From: Candidatus Omnitrophota bacterium | Lineage (GTDB): Bacteria > Omnitrophota > Gorgyraeia > Zapsychrales > Fredricksoniimonadaceae | Assembly: GCA_903901225.1 (NCBI GenBank) | Contig: CAIUQE010000019.1 | Location: 1,146 to 65,145, forward strand | Reading direction: 5' to 3' | DNA: 64,000 bases | In this document: piece after piece, positions 1-9,115 of the stretch | Position numbering within the stretch: the stretch's first letter is position 1 | How the letters are laid out: every line of letters starts with the position of its first letter | Translations under genes and position numbers: made by a program | The notes under the pieces: model-generated | What the model was told of the DNA's origin: nothing | Database searches by the model: none | The model's input: the letters and a program-made list of their open reading frames with translations, nothing else

Positions 1-612
1 ATACGCCCCGGCGCTGACGCGTTCGAAGAGGTGCACCTGGTTGGCCATCCGGTCATAGATGCCCTTGAAGTTAGGGCCATTGCCCATGGGCCAGTTGGCG
101 GGAAAGGCGTGGATCCCCAGGACTTTTTCGAGCTGGTCGATGAGCTCCAGCGGCGCCATGGAAGGCCGGTCGAGCTTGTTCATGAACGTGAAGATGGGGA
201 TGTTGCGCTTGCGGCAGATCTCGAAAAGCTTGCGCGTCTGGCCCTCAATACCCTTGCCGGCGTCGATCACCATGATGACCGCGTCAACCGCCATGAGCAC
301 GCGGTAGGTGTCTTCCGAAAAATCCTTGTGGCCGGGCGTGTCGAGCAGGTTCAGGCGGTAATTGTCGTAATCAAATTGCAGGACCGTCGATGAGATGGAT
401 ATGCCGCGTTTTTTCTCGAGCTCCATCCAGTCCGAGGCCGTGTCGCGTTGTTTCTTCTTCGATGTGACGGAACCGGCCAGGTCCAAGGCGCCCCCGTAGA
501 GCAGGAGCTTTTCCGTGAGCGTGGTCTTCCCCGCGTCGGGATGCGAAATGATCGCGAAGGTCCTGCGCCGGGCGGCTTCGTTTCTTATCTGTTCGCTGGT
601 ATCCAAGGCCAT
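1..612 (-). CDS. prfC: Peptide chain release factor 3 (N-terminal part; continues beyond window start)
   Basis: Manual translation from the ATG at 612: [42 protein letters not shown]...[21 protein letters not shown], the RF3 GTPase signature. Absent from the ORF track because there is no stop inside the window. Confidence 0.95.
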   Translation of the reverse strand, partial: MALDTSEQIRNEAARRRTFAIISHPDAGKTTLTEKLLLYGGALDLAGSVTSKKKQRDTASDWMELEKKRGISISSTVLQFDYDNYRLNLLDTPGHKDFSEDTYRVLMAVDAVIMVIDAGKGIEGQTRKLFEICRKRNIPIFTFMNKLDRPSMAPLELIDQLEKVLGIHAFPANWPMGNGPNFKGIYDRMANQVHLFERVSAGAY

Positions 613-735
613 GGCCTGTTCTCAGGGTTCGGGGTAAAACATCCTTGGAACTATATAGCATGAAGGCGATCTGTCAAGCGATCGCTTGCGGAGAGGTTTT
701 CTTGTGATATCATGAAAAAAACAGGAGAAAATCGT

Positions 736-1203
736 ATGCGCCGGATGTTGGGTATTCTGATAGCTATGGTCATGGTGTCGTTCAATTGTTTTGCCGCGCA
801 TGAGGCGGATATCGCGGGCGTGTGGACGGTGACGGATGGGAAATCGCGCATCGAGATCCAAAAAACGGATAAGGGCACCTTCGAGGGCAGGATCGTATGG
901 TTGAAAGATCCGGCTTACCTTGCCGGTGACGCCGAGGCGGGCGTCTTGAGGCATGACCGCAAGAACCCGGATGCGTCCCTGCGCGGCCGCGCGATCATGG
1001 GCCTTGTGATCATGAAGGGGTTCAAATTCGACGGCCGGCAGAAATGGTCCGGCGGCACGATCTATGACCCGAAGCAGGGCAAGACTTACAAAGGGACCAT
1101 GTCGTTGGCGGACGCCCAGACGCTGGACATGCGCGGTTTCATCGGCGTGTCCCTGCTGGGAAGGACCGAGAAGTGGAAACGTTACGCAGAGCCGGCTAAA
1201 TAG
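736..1203 (+). CDS. DUF2147 family exported protein
   Basis: AGGAG upstream of ATG 736; signal peptide; motifs G.W, GRIVW, D..NPD..LRGR.IMGL, W.GG.IYDP..GKTY, L..RGFIG.SLLGRT..W. Confidence 0.88.
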   Translation: MRRMLGILIAMVMVSFNCFAAHEADIAGVWTVTDGKSRIEIQKTDKGTFEGRIVWLKDPAYLAGDAEAGVLRHDRKNPDASLRGRAIMGLVIMKGFKFDGRQKWSGGTIYDPKQGKTYKGTMSLADAQTLDMRGFIGVSLLGRTEKWKRYAEPAK

Positions 1204-1345
1204 CCGGGGAAAAAGGCACTTCTTTTATTGAACATGTTTAGCGGGGAGAAGCCCATAATCCCGCCCGCGTTGTTACATCAAATTCACTCCCCCGACATAT
1301 TCCCTTCACACACCTCCATTATACTTTGCGTAAAAAGGAGGCCCT

Positions 1346-1495
1346 ATGTGTGTTAGCAGGATGAAAAAGAGCAGGCTTAACAGGTTTTTCGACCGCTGTG
1401 ACCTGACCGTTGCGCCAAGGATCAGCCCGGATCTTCTGATCGAGGCGAGTTCCCGCAAGAAGCGCGTCCGTGTTTATGAAAAGAACCAAAGCTGA
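1346..1495 (+). CDS. Small basic hypothetical protein (49 aa)
   Basis: AAGGAGG 4 nt before ATG 1346; MCVSRMKKSRLNRFFDRCDLTVAPRISPDLLIEASSRKKRVRVYEKNQS*; overlaps the start of the next ORF. Confidence 0.45.
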   Translation: MCVSRMKKSRLNRFFDRCDLTVAPRISPDLLIEASSRKKRVRVYEKNQS

Positions 1496-1676
1496 AATGT
1501 TAAGAAATCCCGCTGTTCGCAAAGAGATCCAGCGCTACAAGTGGATCGAAAGCGAGATGGCGGGCTACGATATCGGCATGGAAAGGGCCAGCCGTGACTG
1601 GATGGAACGCCACGCCGCCGCCTGGCTCAAGGCGCACCGGAATTTCAGGATGTCAGGCCTCAAGCAGGCCTGGTGA
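1476..1676 (+). CDS. DUF4032-like small protein
   Basis: EIQRYKWIESEMAGYDIG.ERA..DW...H matches the EI..HKW..SE..G.DIG...A..DW motif. Confidence 0.75.
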   Translation: MKRTKAEMLRNPAVRKEIQRYKWIESEMAGYDIGMERASRDWMERHAAAWLKAHRNFRMSGLKQAW

Positions 1677-1689
1677 AACAAAATAGAAT

Positions 1690-1734
1690 GGGGACATGTA
1701 TCAAATTCGTCCATTGAATTTGGTACGTCTCCCC
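1690..1734. repeat. Imperfect 19-bp palindrome of GGGGAC...TCCCC type (REP/MITE-like or terminator)
   Basis: GGGGACATGTATCAAATTC-gtccatt-GAATTTGGTACGTCTCCCC; 3 mismatches, 2 of them G-U compatible. Confidence 0.6.
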
Positions 1735-1820
1735 GGTCTTGCTGCCGTTTTTTTGTTTGTTCCCAGAAGAGTTATCTGTTATATTCCGATTAAATAGTTT
1801 ATTGCGTTGGAGAGAGGCCC

Positions 1821-2081
1821 ATGCCCGAAATAGCCCGTTTTTATGGAATTATTATTTCGATGTTTTATGACGATCATAATCCGCCGCATTTTCACGCGCG
1901 CTATGGGGATGAGAGCGTTGTTATTCGTATTGATACATTAAGTGTTTTGGAAGGGAATGTTTCAGTTAGAGCGCAAGGGCTTATTGTTGAGTGGGCTTCT
2001 CAGCATAAAGAGGAATTGATTGAAGACTGGAACCTGGCTAAGCAGAATCAGGCCCCCAAGAAAGTCGCTCCCTTAAAGTGA
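1821..2081 (+). CDS. DUF4160 family protein (putative TA toxin)
   Basis: MPEIARFYGIIISMFYDDHNPPHFHARYG...VEWA..H.EEL...W is the typical DUF4160 sequence. Confidence 0.9.
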   Translation: MPEIARFYGIIISMFYDDHNPPHFHARYGDESVVIRIDTLSVLEGNVSVRAQGLIVEWASQHKEELIEDWNLAKQNQAPKKVAPLK

Positions 2082-2091
2082 GGACATTAAA

Positions 2092-2358
2092 ATGTACTAT
2101 GATGTGAAATCCGCACAATATTGTGATGGTTATAAAATACGGCTTTCCTTTGAAGACGGTAAAGGCGGCGTTGTTGATTTTCAGCCTTATCTTCACAAAG
2201 GCGGCGTTTTCGAAAAGTTTCGAGATATAAACTTCTTTAAGAAATTTAGTATTAATCAGGAGGTCGGGGTTTTGAGCTGGGAAGGTGATATAGACATCGC
2301 ACCTGAAACGATCTATTCCGCCGCGACAAAATTGCCAATGCCAAGATGGGCTGTATAG
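2092..2358 (+). CDS. DUF2442 family protein (partner of DUF4160)
   Basis: YKIRLSFEDG..GVVDF...GGVF..F.D..FF...L.W...IDIAPETIY; GAGG RBS; directly follows DUF4160. Confidence 0.9.
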   Translation: MYYDVKSAQYCDGYKIRLSFEDGKGGVVDFQPYLHKGGVFEKFRDINFFKKFSINQEVGVLSWEGDIDIAPETIYSAATKLPMPRWAV

Positions 2359-3170
2359 TGAACCACGCCACGCCACGCCACGCCACGCCACGCCACGCCA
2401 TTTTTTTATTACTGTTTTTAGTTATTTTTTCTAATGCCAATGCCAAAGCTGCCGATATCGTCACCGGACTGGTGGGACACTGGAAACTTGACGGCAATGC
2501 CAAAGATTACAGCGGCAAGGGGGTTGATGGCACGATATATGGCGCAACAGCGACGACGGACAGGTTTGGCACGGCGAATGGGGCGATGGGTTTTGATGGG
2601 AGCAGCAATTTTATTAATCTCCAGGCTCCTTCGATTTTGAAATTTCAGAAAATTAATAATTTTTCAGTAGCTGCGTGGTTTAAGACCAGTTCTGCAACAG
2701 AACAATATATCTTCAGTTTTTTTTCGCATACGGTAAATGCTGGATGCGCGCCTGCGAGTCATGGGTATCTTTTTGGTATTCAAAGTTCAGGAATAGTTTT
2801 TATTACTTTTGATGACGGTAGCTCTCATTCAATATTCAGCGCATTAAATTATAACAATAATTTATGGCATCATGTTGTTGGTGTTTGGAATGGCACAAAT
2901 TTAAATCTATATGTTGATGGGGCATCGGTTGCCACACCAGTGGCGGGGCCGACTGCTGCGATCACATATAGTTCGCCACTACATGCCAATATTGGTGAAT
3001 CTAATTGTTATACTGGTTTAACGCCAGGGGGGCAATTTAATGGCAGTGTCGACGACGTCCGCGTCTACAAACGTGCTTTAACCCAGGCCGATGTCACCGC
3101 GCTCTACAATATGGGCCAGGCAAGGACAATGCTGAACAGGGCCATCCTGCGTAGCGGGGTGATAAGGTAG
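2346..3170 (+). CDS. Secreted LamG-like jellyroll (ConA-like) domain protein
   Basis: Hydrophobic signal region; GLVGHWKLDGNAKDYSG, DRFG.ANGA..FDG, FSVAAWFK, WHHVVGVW, LYVDG, F.GSVDDVRVY.RAL. Start is 2346 (ATG) or 2358 (GTG). Confidence 0.85.
   Translation: MGCIVNHATPRHATPRHAIFLLLFLVIFSNANAKAADIVTGLVGHWKLDGNAKDYSGKGVDGTIYGATATTDRFGTANGAMGFDGSSNFINLQAPSILKFQKINNFSVAAWFKTSSATEQYIFSFFSHTVNAGCAPASHGYLFGIQSSGIVFITFDDGSSHSIFSALNYNNNLWHHVVGVWNGTNLNLYVDGASVATPVAGPTAAITYSSPLHANIGESNCYTGLTPGGQFNGSVDDVRVYKRALTQADVTALYNMGQARTMLNRAILRSGVIR
2363..2400 (+). repeat. Pentanucleotide simple sequence repeat (CCACG)7+CCA
   Basis: Read directly from the sequence; encodes HATPRHATPRHA in the LamG ORF. Confidence 0.97.
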
Positions 3171-3177
3171 TTGATCT

Positions 3178-3321
3178 TTAAGTTTTCTTCCTGAGGCACA
3201 TCACGGCCTTGAAACACCGCAGGGCGATGAACGCGCCCAGGGTCAGGAGGAAAATGACGGGCCAGAGCAGGACGGCCCAGGCGCGCGTGAGGATTGCTTT
3301 GCAGGGGCAGGTGGTTGTCAT
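3178..3321 (-). CDS. Small Cys-containing membrane peptide (47 aa)
   Basis: ATGA overlap with the radical SAM stop codon; [47 protein letters not shown]; GC-rich third codon positions. Confidence 0.55.
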   Translation of the reverse strand: MTTTCPCKAILTRAWAVLLWPVIFLLTLGAFIALRCFKAVMCLRKKT

Positions 3322-4865
3322 GATATGGTCAGTTCGCTGTTGTAGAAAAGTTCATGGCGGATCTTGCGGATGAGCTTCAGTTCCGGCGCGAAATGGTACA
3401 TCCGGTTCCTTAATTTCATCGCGTAATAATAACTCACGAAACGGGCCACGCCCTGCGCCAGCGCGCGCGTCGGGCGGTGGCGCAGGCTCCCCATCACGTT
3501 GACGATCGCGTTCGACAGGATGCTCATGTAGGAAATGTTGCCCAGAGCGTCGCGTGCCGCGGCGTCGAACCAGGGGCTGCGCCGCCCCTGGGCGTCATAA
3601 TCGTCAAAGATCCAGTCCGCCCATTCTTCCAGGCTTTCCGGTGGTCGCAGGCCGTGCTCCAGGGCCAGCTTGAAATCGGGCGTCCCCGGCAAAGGCGTGT
3701 AGATCGCCATGGTCTCCATCTGCGCGCAGGGGTTCTCCGCCCGCAACTGGAAGGCAAGGGCGATCGTCTGGTCGATGTCCGCGAATGTTTCCGTCGGGTA
3801 ACCGATCATGAGGCTGAACGCGGGGATGATGCCGTGTTTCTTGCAGCGCTGGTTGGCGGCCAGGGTTTGCTCGAGGGTGATGCCCTTGTTCATGAGATCG
3901 AGCGTCTTCTGCGACCCGGATTCCGCGCCGAATTTGAGCGTGTAGGCCCCGGCCCGCTTGAGCGTGCGGATCTCGTCATCCGTCGCTTTCCCGAAGACAT
4001 CGACCCGCGTGCCGGATGTGTAAAATGAGATGTTCAGGTCCTGTTTGATCATGCCCTCGCAGATGGCGTTCGCGCGGGCGCGGTCGATATAAAATTCATC
4101 GTCCCTCAGCCAGATGCCGTTAAGCTTGAGCCGTTTGACCGTATCGACGATCATGCCGACGCTTTTTGCCACGGACATCGCGCGCCAGCGCCGCTGTCGG
4201 ATCGAGGAGCTGCTGCAGAAGCCGCACGCGAAGGGGCATCCGCGGCTGGTCTGGCCGATGTCCAGCACGCGGGTGCTTTCCTTGAGGTACATGTCCGGAT
4301 GGATGTATTTCTCGACGTCAACGAGTTCCCAGGGGGTTGGCAGGAGCCCTTCGACATCCAGGAGGGGCCTGTCCGGCGTGCGGATGACCTTTCCCTGTTC
4401 CTTGAAAAGGATCCCTTTAATATCATGCCAGCGCCGCTTCGCGGCCATGGCTTGCACCAGTTCGAGGAAACTTTCATCGCCTTCGCCCATGACCACAACA
4501 TCCACGTTGGGATGGCGCAGGGTCTGTTCGGGCAGGACCGAGGGGTGACAACCTCCCCAGACGAGCGGTGTTGTGCCGCCGGTAAGTTCCCGGCACAGCG
4601 CGCTCAGGTGCAAGGCATGGCGGATCTGCGTCCCCGTCATGGTCGATATCCCGATGCACAAGAGGTCGGAAGAAATATAGCGGCTGAGGGTTTCCCGTGT
4701 TATGCTTTCGGCCCGCTGGTCAAGCAGGGTGACCTTAAGACCGGCTTTAAGCAAAGGGGCCGCGATGGATAACAGCGCGTGGGGCGGAGCGATGGTCGAG
4801 CCAAAGTCCATGCCTGTCTTGGGGTACAACAAAAGGATGTGGGGGCGCGGTTCGTGTGAATGCAT
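3318..4865 (-). CDS. Cobalamin-binding radical SAM protein
   Basis: N-terminal B12-binding region ([25 protein letters not shown]) and [12 protein letters not shown] (CxxxCxxC). Confidence 0.93.
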   Translation of the reverse strand: MHSHEPRPHILLLYPKTGMDFGSTIAPPHALLSIAAPLLKAGLKVTLLDQRAESITRETLSRYISSDLLCIGISTMTGTQIRHALHLSALCRELTGGTTPLVWGGCHPSVLPEQTLRHPNVDVVVMGEGDESFLELVQAMAAKRRWHDIKGILFKEQGKVIRTPDRPLLDVEGLLPTPWELVDVEKYIHPDMYLKESTRVLDIGQTSRGCPFACGFCSSSSIRQRRWRAMSVAKSVGMIVDTVKRLKLNGIWLRDDEFYIDRARANAICEGMIKQDLNISFYTSGTRVDVFGKATDDEIRTLKRAGAYTLKFGAESGSQKTLDLMNKGITLEQTLAANQRCKKHGIIPAFSLMIGYPTETFADIDQTIALAFQLRAENPCAQMETMAIYTPLPGTPDFKLALEHGLRPPESLEEWADWIFDDYDAQGRRSPWFDAAARDALGNISYMSILSNAIVNVMGSLRHRPTRALAQGVARFVSYYYAMKLRNRMYHFAPELKLIRKIRHELFYNSELTIS

Positions 4866-4943
4866 TGAGAGTTTAGAAAGTTCTTTGAATAGCTGTCAGC
4901 ATACTATATAAATAGTCAGTTAAAGTCTAGTTGAAACCCAATA

Positions 4944-6593
4944 ATGCGCGGGGTGGGTGTGGCTCTGGAATCTGTCCTGAAGTTTCAGAAGAAGATATTC
5001 TTTCTGTTGGCTTTTTTGACGGGCATGGTGGTCTTATCGAATTACAGCGATTTTCAGGTGGCGGTCGCGCAGGGAGATCATGGCCGGGACCTTTACGCGT
5101 TCAAGCGGGTCCTCGAAGGCGCTGTCCCGTACCGTGACTTTTCCTGGCTTTTCGGCCCGCTCATGGCGTATTATTACGCGTTCTTTTTCAAATTGTGCGG
5201 CGTCAGCATCCAATCGGCACTGCTGGGACAGAACATCCTGATCCTGCTGACAGGGATGGTCATGTACCTGGCGTGTGCCCGGCTCCTGACGCCGACGTGG
5301 GGTTTTCTGTGCGCGTTGATGTACTGGGCGCTGCGGGGGAGCGAATTTTTCTACACCTACAACCATTCGGGCGGGATTCTGTGCATCGTTCTCGTCGCCT
5401 ATGCGTTCTTCAGGTATGTGCAAGACGCTTCCCTGCGGCACGTCGCTTTGGGCTTCGGGGTAATGTTTTTGTTCATGCTGATCCGCCTTAATATGGCCTG
5501 CGCCCTGTTGGCCGTATGGGCAGGTGCGTTGATCTGCCTGGATATTTTGCGCAAGGACCCGCGGCTGGGCCTGAAGGTGCGGGTGTATGTTTACGGGGGG
5601 GCGGCCTGCCTGGCCCTGGCTGTTTTTGTGTACTGGCTTTATTTTCGCGGCCAGCCGTTATATGTACTTTGGGAGAGTTTTCCGCTTTCGAAAGCCCAGC
5701 GCACCGATGAGGCCGGGGTCATGGCTTCCCTGCACTATCTGATCATTGTGCTGTACCGGCTGATGACCAGTTCATTTATGTGGGCCGGAATTATGGTCTG
5801 TCTGTTCGGGGGAGTGATGAAGCTTCTTCTCACGTTGACGCGCAAAGATCTTTTTCCGGAGAGGGAGCGGATCGGCATGGGGGTCACGCTCCTGTTCCTT
5901 GCCGGTACGGTTGCGGCCACACTGCATGAGTTCCTTCTCAGTGGCATTGACTACCGGCTTTATTGGGCTTTTCCGTCCACGGTGCTGCTCATGATCTTTG
6001 TGCTTGGCCATGCCGTAGCGGGGCCGCGTTATCGGGTTGTCCGGGGTGTCCTTTACGCCACGGTCTTCTGGATAGCCGTGTTGACTCTGCAGGGGGCCTT
6101 GGCGCAGGCCAGGTCTTCGAGAACTCCGGCGCATCTTTTGCAGCGCGGGCAGAACCGGGTTTATACCACGCAAGAGGCGGTTTGGTACGTGACCGTGGGG
6201 CAGGCCTGCGATTTTATCGCCAAGAATGTTCCGGCGGGCGAGAAGCTTTTCACCATGCCGTTCGATACGTTGTATAATTACTTAACAGGCAGGGATCAGC
6301 CGACACGTCAATGGGTTTATTTCCAGCACATGATCATCCCTGAAGAACAGGAGCGGCAGGTCATTCAGGACCTGGAGCGGGAGAAGGTTAATTGGGTCCT
6401 CGTGTCCAACAGGGCGATCTCGATCGAGGGCGGGCTTGGCCTGCTGGGCCGCGATTATTGCACTGTGCTCTGGAAATATATCGACAAGAACTACCAGCCC
6501 GCCGCCCGCTTCGGGCAGTGGTCTTCTTCGCCCAGCTGGGCTTGGAACCACGGGGTCATCATATTTAAAAGAAAAGTGCCATTCGCGCACTGA
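4944..6593 (+). CDS. GT-C (ArnT/PMT-like) integral membrane glycosyltransferase
   Basis: D.G..LY...RVL.G.VPYRDF...FGPL..Y loop after the first TM helix, multiple TMs, periplasmic C-terminal domain. Confidence 0.7.
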   Translation: MRGVGVALESVLKFQKKIFFLLAFLTGMVVLSNYSDFQVAVAQGDHGRDLYAFKRVLEGAVPYRDFSWLFGPLMAYYYAFFFKLCGVSIQSALLGQNILILLTGMVMYLACARLLTPTWGFLCALMYWALRGSEFFYTYNHSGGILCIVLVAYAFFRYVQDASLRHVALGFGVMFLFMLIRLNMACALLAVWAGALICLDILRKDPRLGLKVRVYVYGGAACLALAVFVYWLYFRGQPLYVLWESFPLSKAQRTDEAGVMASLHYLIIVLYRLMTSSFMWAGIMVCLFGGVMKLLLTLTRKDLFPERERIGMGVTLLFLAGTVAATLHEFLLSGIDYRLYWAFPSTVLLMIFVLGHAVAGPRYRVVRGVLYATVFWIAVLTLQGALAQARSSRTPAHLLQRGQNRVYTTQEAVWYVTVGQACDFIAKNVPAGEKLFTMPFDTLYNYLTGRDQPTRQWVYFQHMIIPEEQERQVIQDLEREKVNWVLVSNRAISIEGGLGLLGRDYCTVLWKYIDKNYQPAARFGQWSSSPSWAWNHGVIIFKRKVPFAH

Positions 6594-6610
6594 ACCAACA
6601 AGGAGAACGT

Positions 6611-7030
6611 ATGACAGAGCAGATCAAGGATCCGGCCAATGTTCCGGCTGTCCCACCGGCGAGCGTTGTGAGCAACGCGAGCGCAGCGAGCGCAGCGAGT
6701 GCCGAGAGCGTGATGACCATCGACGATTTCAAGAAATTCAAATTCATCGTCGCGCAGATCAAGGAAGCCGCCATTCATCCGAACGCGGACAAGTTGTTCG
6801 TGGTCAAGGTCGACACCGGCACGGAGGAGCGTCAGCTGGTCGCGGGCATCCGCCGTTCTTACACGCCGGAACAGCTGGTGGGTCGGCGCGTGGTCATTGT
6901 CGCGAACCTGGCGCCCGCTGTCATCCGGGGTGTCGCCTCGCAGGGGATGATCCTCGCCGCTTCAGACGACCAGGGTATCTCGATCCTCGCGCCGGATCGT
7001 GATGTGGCCCTTGGCAGTACGGTGAAATAA
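6611..7030 (+). CDS. Stand-alone tRNA-binding OB-fold protein (MetRS C-terminal/Trbp111/CsaA family)
   Basis: TIDDFKK...AQI..A..HPNADKL...KVD.G.EERQLVAGI...Y.PEQLVGR.V..VANL.PA.IRGV.SQGMILAA; AGGAG RBS. Confidence 0.92.
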   Translation: MTEQIKDPANVPAVPPASVVSNASAASAASAESVMTIDDFKKFKFIVAQIKEAAIHPNADKLFVVKVDTGTEERQLVAGIRRSYTPEQLVGRRVVIVANLAPAVIRGVASQGMILAASDDQGISILAPDRDVALGSTVK

Positions 7031-7037
7031 TTCCGGC

Positions 7038-8423
7038 ATGGACATCCCCCTGGCCGTAACGTCCCAGGAGTGCCTGGCGTGCCGCGGGTGCTGCCGGTTC
7101 CACGCGCCCGATGATGCCTGGTCACCCCGCCTTACGGCGGAGGATGCCGCCTTGCTCCTGAAAGCGCAGCCCGACGGCGGCTGGCAGGGTGGCGGTGGCC
7201 GCCTTGCGCTCAAAGCCTGTCAAAGCGGGCATGCCTGCCCCTTTCTTGAGGAAGGTTCCGGAAAGTGCGGCGTTTACGACGATCGGCCTTTCGAATGCCG
7301 CCTGTATCCTTTTCTTTTGTCACGCGAGGACACGGGGTTTCGGGTGTACGCGCACACAAGCTGCCCGGCCATTCAAAGGGATGGCGCGTCGTCGCACGCG
7401 CAGGGGATCAGGGAACTTTTCCGGCAGGATGCGGCGCAGCGATTCGCCCAGGAGAACGCGGCAAACTTTGCCGATTATTCTTCTTTCCGGGATGAGGTTG
7501 AGGAAGTTTACGCCTTTGATCCCGGGGCGGGCTTATGGGCGCAGCGGCAGTTGATCGAAGAGGCCCTTTCCAGGAACACACGAACGCTGTCCTCATTGTC
7601 CTTTGTGAATTTATTTGCCTGGCAGGGGTTCTTTCGTTTTGATGTCGAGGCCATTGACGGGGCTGTGTGTGTTTTTGCCGCGCAGCCTGCCGGGATTTTC
7701 CTCTACTGGCCGCCGCTCGGAGAAAATATCCCCGCGTCGGCGGTCGCGACGTGTTTTGAGAAGATGCGCGCGGTCAACCGCGGCGGCAGCCTGACGCGCG
7801 TCGAGAACGTGGCCGCGGATGAATTGCGTTTTTTCGACGAGCGGCTTTACCGGTTTGAGCCGCGCGGCCATGAGTATGTCTACGACCGCGCGCGGGTCGC
7901 CCTGTTGCGCGGCCAGGGTTACAAGTCCCGGCGCGGGGACGCGAATATGTTCAGGCGCCGTTATGCCGGGATGTGCAACTTCCGGCCATACGCGCCGTCC
8001 GACTTCAATGCTTGCGCGCTGCTTTTTGACCGATGGCTTGACGGGCGGCTGGGGAAATACGACAATGATGTGTACGGCCACATGCTGCGTGAGAACCGTT
8101 CGGTGCACCGGCTGGTCCTGGCGTACGCCCCCCAGCTCGGGCTGGTCGGCCGGGTCGTTGCGGTCAACGGGAAGCTCGTGGCGTATACGTTCGGCTATGA
8201 GCTTGGCCCGGACACGTTCTGTGTCCTGTTCGAGATCGCGGACCTTGAGGTAAAAGGCCTCGCGGCGTTCGTATTCCGGGCGTTGTGCGCGGACCCGGCG
8301 CTGGAAAATTTCACGCGGATCAATGCCATGGATGATTTCGCGGCAGAGCAGCTCGGGCGGACCAAAATGTCGTGGAGGCCACAGCGGCTTGAGCCGGTTT
8401 ACGCGGTGCTACCAAGGGAGTGA
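7038..8423 (+). CDS. YkgJ-type Cys-cluster domain fused to DUF2156 (aminoacyl-tRNA-dependent transferase-like GNAT) domain
   Basis: N-terminus CLACRGCC...CPFL...C.VY..RP.ECRLYPF; C-terminus SF.NLF.W, EYVY....L..LRG..YK.RR, AYTFG..L..DT..V.FE.AD...KGL, IN...D......L.R.K.SWRP. Confidence 0.8.
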   Translation: MDIPLAVTSQECLACRGCCRFHAPDDAWSPRLTAEDAALLLKAQPDGGWQGGGGRLALKACQSGHACPFLEEGSGKCGVYDDRPFECRLYPFLLSREDTGFRVYAHTSCPAIQRDGASSHAQGIRELFRQDAAQRFAQENAANFADYSSFRDEVEEVYAFDPGAGLWAQRQLIEEALSRNTRTLSSLSFVNLFAWQGFFRFDVEAIDGAVCVFAAQPAGIFLYWPPLGENIPASAVATCFEKMRAVNRGGSLTRVENVAADELRFFDERLYRFEPRGHEYVYDRARVALLRGQGYKSRRGDANMFRRRYAGMCNFRPYAPSDFNACALLFDRWLDGRLGKYDNDVYGHMLRENRSVHRLVLAYAPQLGLVGRVVAVNGKLVAYTFGYELGPDTFCVLFEIADLEVKGLAAFVFRALCADPALENFTRINAMDDFAAEQLGRTKMSWRPQRLEPVYAVLPRE

Positions 8424-8426
8424 CGG

Positions 8427-9047
8427 ATGCAGCTTCAGGACATGGAATATGTGGTGTTCGACGTTGAAACGACGGGGCTTTCGCCGCTCGACGGGGACCG
8501 TATCATCGAGCTTTCCGCGGCGCGCGTGCGCCGGGGGGTTGTCGTCGACCGTTATGACACGTTCGTTGACCCGCGAAGGCCGCTGAACCTTGAGGCGCAG
8601 AAGCTTAACAAGATCACGGACGCGATGATCAAGGGGGCGCCTACATCGGCGCAGGTATTGCCGGAGTTCATGGAATTCGCGGGAGGCGCCTGCCTTGCCG
8701 CGCACAACGCCTCTTTTGACATCAAGTTCGTCAGTTATGAACTGTCGCTCGCGGGGCGCAGGCTTCACGGGGCGACGCCTGTGCTTGACACCATGAAGAT
8801 GTCCAGAAGTTTCCTGCCGCACCTGACGAGCCAGCGGCTGAGCTACATCGCGCATTCGCTCGGGGTTAAGGTTGGTGACACGCACCGCGCGACGGCGGAT
8901 GTGGAGATCCTGGTGGGGGTGCTCGGCCGGCTTTTTGCCCTGGCGTCGGATTACAACATCCGCACGTTCCAGGAACTTATCGCGCAATTCGGCGTGGAGA
9001 AGCCGAATTTCAGGTTCCGGACCGATGAGCAGCCTTCTTTGTTCTAG
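8427..9047 (+). CDS. DEDDh 3'-5' exonuclease (DnaQ/Pol III epsilon-like)
   Basis: VFDVETTG, AHNASFD, HRA..D motifs. Confidence 0.92.
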   Translation: MQLQDMEYVVFDVETTGLSPLDGDRIIELSAARVRRGVVVDRYDTFVDPRRPLNLEAQKLNKITDAMIKGAPTSAQVLPEFMEFAGGACLAAHNASFDIKFVSYELSLAGRRLHGATPVLDTMKMSRSFLPHLTSQRLSYIAHSLGVKVGDTHRATADVEILVGVLGRLFALASDYNIRTFQELIAQFGVEKPNFRFRTDEQPSLF

Positions 9048-9115
9048 CTGGGACAGTTGCATTTGCGTGAAGACTTTCTTGCGAAGCGGCGAACCTGCCG
9101 TTATAATGGGAGCCA

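Noticed and set aside
2363-2400. CRISPR array
   Set aside because: Only a 5-bp tandem repeat; I saw no spaced 25-40-bp repeats or cas genes in the window.
6677-6703. 9-bp tandem repeat (GCGAGCGCA x2 plus a variant)
   Set aside because: In frame and encodes a low-complexity Ala/Ser linker, so it cannot act as a frameshift switch.
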